Origin: Planctomycetota bacterium
GTDB taxonomy: Bacteria > Planctomycetota > PLA2 > JAEUHO01
NCBI GenBank assembly: GCA_050248855.1
Contig: JBFWRP010000001.1
Location: forward strand, 32,001-96,000
Direction: 5' to 3'
DNA: 64,000 nucleotides
This document shows, piece after piece, positions 62,657-64,000 of the stretch (positions are counted from its first letter, which is position 1; every line of letters begins with the position of its first letter). A model generated the notes under the pieces. That model saw nothing but the letters and a program-made list of their open reading frames with translations, did no database searches and was not told the DNA's origin. The position numbers were made by a program, and so were the translations under genes.

Positions 62657-63211
62657 TCAGACGGCCCGGACTTCGAGCACCTCGGGAATCGTCTGGCGCA
62701 GGCGCGCCTCGATGCCCTGCTTGAGCGTGGCGAGCGACGAGGGGCAGCCCGCGCAGCTGCCCTTCATCCGCAGGTAGACGACGCCGTCGTCGAAGCGGTC
62801 GAACACGATGTCGCCGCCGTCACGGGCCACGGCGGGGCGGATCTGCGCGTCGAGGATCTCGATGACCTGCTGCGCCACGTCGTCGTAGTCGCCCGCGTGA
62901 TCGCGGTCGGCCCAGGCGCTGGTCACCACCTCCACGCCTTGCTCGAGCCAGGCGGGCAGGTCGCGCAGGACCGCGGCATGCACGTCCCCCATCACCGCGG
63001 GGTCGGAGACGGTCAGCGTGACGAAGTCGCGCCCGATCATCACCGCCGTGACGCCGCGGATGCCCAAGAGGCGCGCCCCCAGGGGCGACAGCGGCTCGGC
63101 CTCCGCCGCGCTGTCGAACGAGGCCGCACCGCGCTCGAGCAGGGGCCGCGAGACGGTGTACTTGAGCGTGTCGGGGTTGGGCGTGAACTCGAGCTGCACG
63201 TGGACGGTCAT
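62657..63211 (-). CDS. NifU/Nfu-family Fe-S cluster carrier (Nfu_N + NifU domains)
   Basis: [41 protein letters not shown] 63211 overlaps the acnA stop. Confidence 0.93.
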   Translation of the reverse strand: MTVHVQLEFTPNPDTLKYTVSRPLLERGAASFDSAAEAEPLSPLGARLLGIRGVTAVMIGRDFVTLTVSDPAVMGDVHAAVLRDLPAWLEQGVEVVTSAWADRDHAGDYDDVAQQVIEILDAQIRPAVARDGGDIVFDRFDDGVVYLRMKGSCAGCPSSLATLKQGIEARLRQTIPEVLEVRAV

Positions 63212-64000
63212 GACGCGCTCCTTCCGGCGGCCCACACCTGACGCAGCACGTAGGGCAGGATCCCGCCGTGTCGGTAGTACTCGACTTCGTCGGGGGTGTC
63301 GATGCGGCTGCGTACCTCGAACGAGGCGCGCGAGCCGTCCGCGCGATGGACGACCAGCTCCAGGCGCTGGCCGGGCGCGAGCCCCGCGGCGATGCCCGTC
63401 AGGTCGAACGTCTCCGTGCCCTCGAGCCCCAGGGCTTCCGCGGGGTCGCTGCCGTGGGCCATCTCCAGCGGCAGGACGCCCATGCCGATCAGGTTGCTGC
63501 GGTGGATCCGCTCGTAGGAGCGGGCCAGCACGGCACGCACGCCCAGCAGCAGGGTGCCCTTGGCCGCCCAGTCCCGGGACGAGCCCATGCCGTACCCTTC
63601 GCCGGCCACCAGCAGGGTCGGCACGCCTTCCTTCGCGTAGCGCAAGGACGCCTCGTAGATCGACATCACGTCGCCACCGGGCTGGTGCGTCGTGAAGCCG
63701 CCCTCCGTGCCCGGCGCCAAGCGGTTGCGCAAGCGCACGTTGCCGAACGTGCCGCGCACCATGACCTCGTGGTTGCCGCGGCGGCTGCCGTAGCTGTTGA
63801 AGTCCTTCGGCTCCACGCCGTGCTCGACGAGCCAGCGGCCTGCGGGACCCTTCGCTTGGATGGAGCCGGCCGGCGAGATGTGGTCCGTGGTGACGAAGTC
63901 CCCCAGCAGGGCGAGGAGGCGCGCACCGTGGATGTCGCCCGGCTCGCTCGCCCCCGACGGCACGTCCTCGAGGAACGAGGGGCGGCGCACGTACGTGCTC
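63208..64000 (-). CDS. acnA: Aconitate hydratase A, C-terminal part (gene extends beyond window)
   Basis: [53 protein letters not shown]. Confidence 0.97.
   Translation of the reverse strand, partial: STYVRRPSFLEDVPSGASEPGDIHGARLLALLGDFVTTDHISPAGSIQAKGPAGRWLVEHGVEPKDFNSYGSRRGNHEVMVRGTFGNVRLRNRLAPGTEGGFTTHQPGGDVMSIYEASLRYAKEGVPTLLVAGEGYGMGSSRDWAAKGTLLLGVRAVLARSYERIHRSNLIGMGVLPLEMAHGSDPAEALGLEGTETFDLTGIAAGLAPGQRLELVVHRADGSRASFEVRSRIDTPDEVEYYRHGGILPYVLRQVWAAGRSAS

Overview
Very GC-rich core-chromosome segment, most likely from a Planctomycetota bacterium. This is inferred from a eukaryote-type UDP-GlcNAc pyrophosphorylase, a DUF1570-like peptidase, HEAT/VWA secreted proteins and an 'FPTWSEVL' small protein. 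It carries housekeeping genes (recA, thpR, alaS, rpmF-plsX-fabD-fabG-acpP-fabF, ddl, pepA, cca, purM, dxr, rseP, cls, sfsA, rlmI, smpB, nfu, acnA) and the tmRNA gene (tag ANSNYALAA). I found no transposase, integrase, prophage, rRNA, tRNA or CRISPR-cas. Signals hidden from the ORF track: (1) a secreted redoxin whose 'stop' TGA sits at the conserved Cys of the C-terminal GCSxK motif and is followed by a GGUC-loop SECIS-like hairpin (probable selenoprotein); (2) an acyl-carrier-protein-like domain lacking the phosphopantetheine Ser inserted inside that same redoxin; (3) an 11-6-11 dif-like XerCD site exactly where a long + strand gene block meets a long - strand block; (4) several families of 84-98 bp palindromic MITE/REP-like elements, with 11-bp duplications at GTAC ends and one 91-bp tandem array; (5) a decayed higA antitoxin; (6) many apparently leaderless genes. 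All family assignments come from motif recognition by eye, not database searches.
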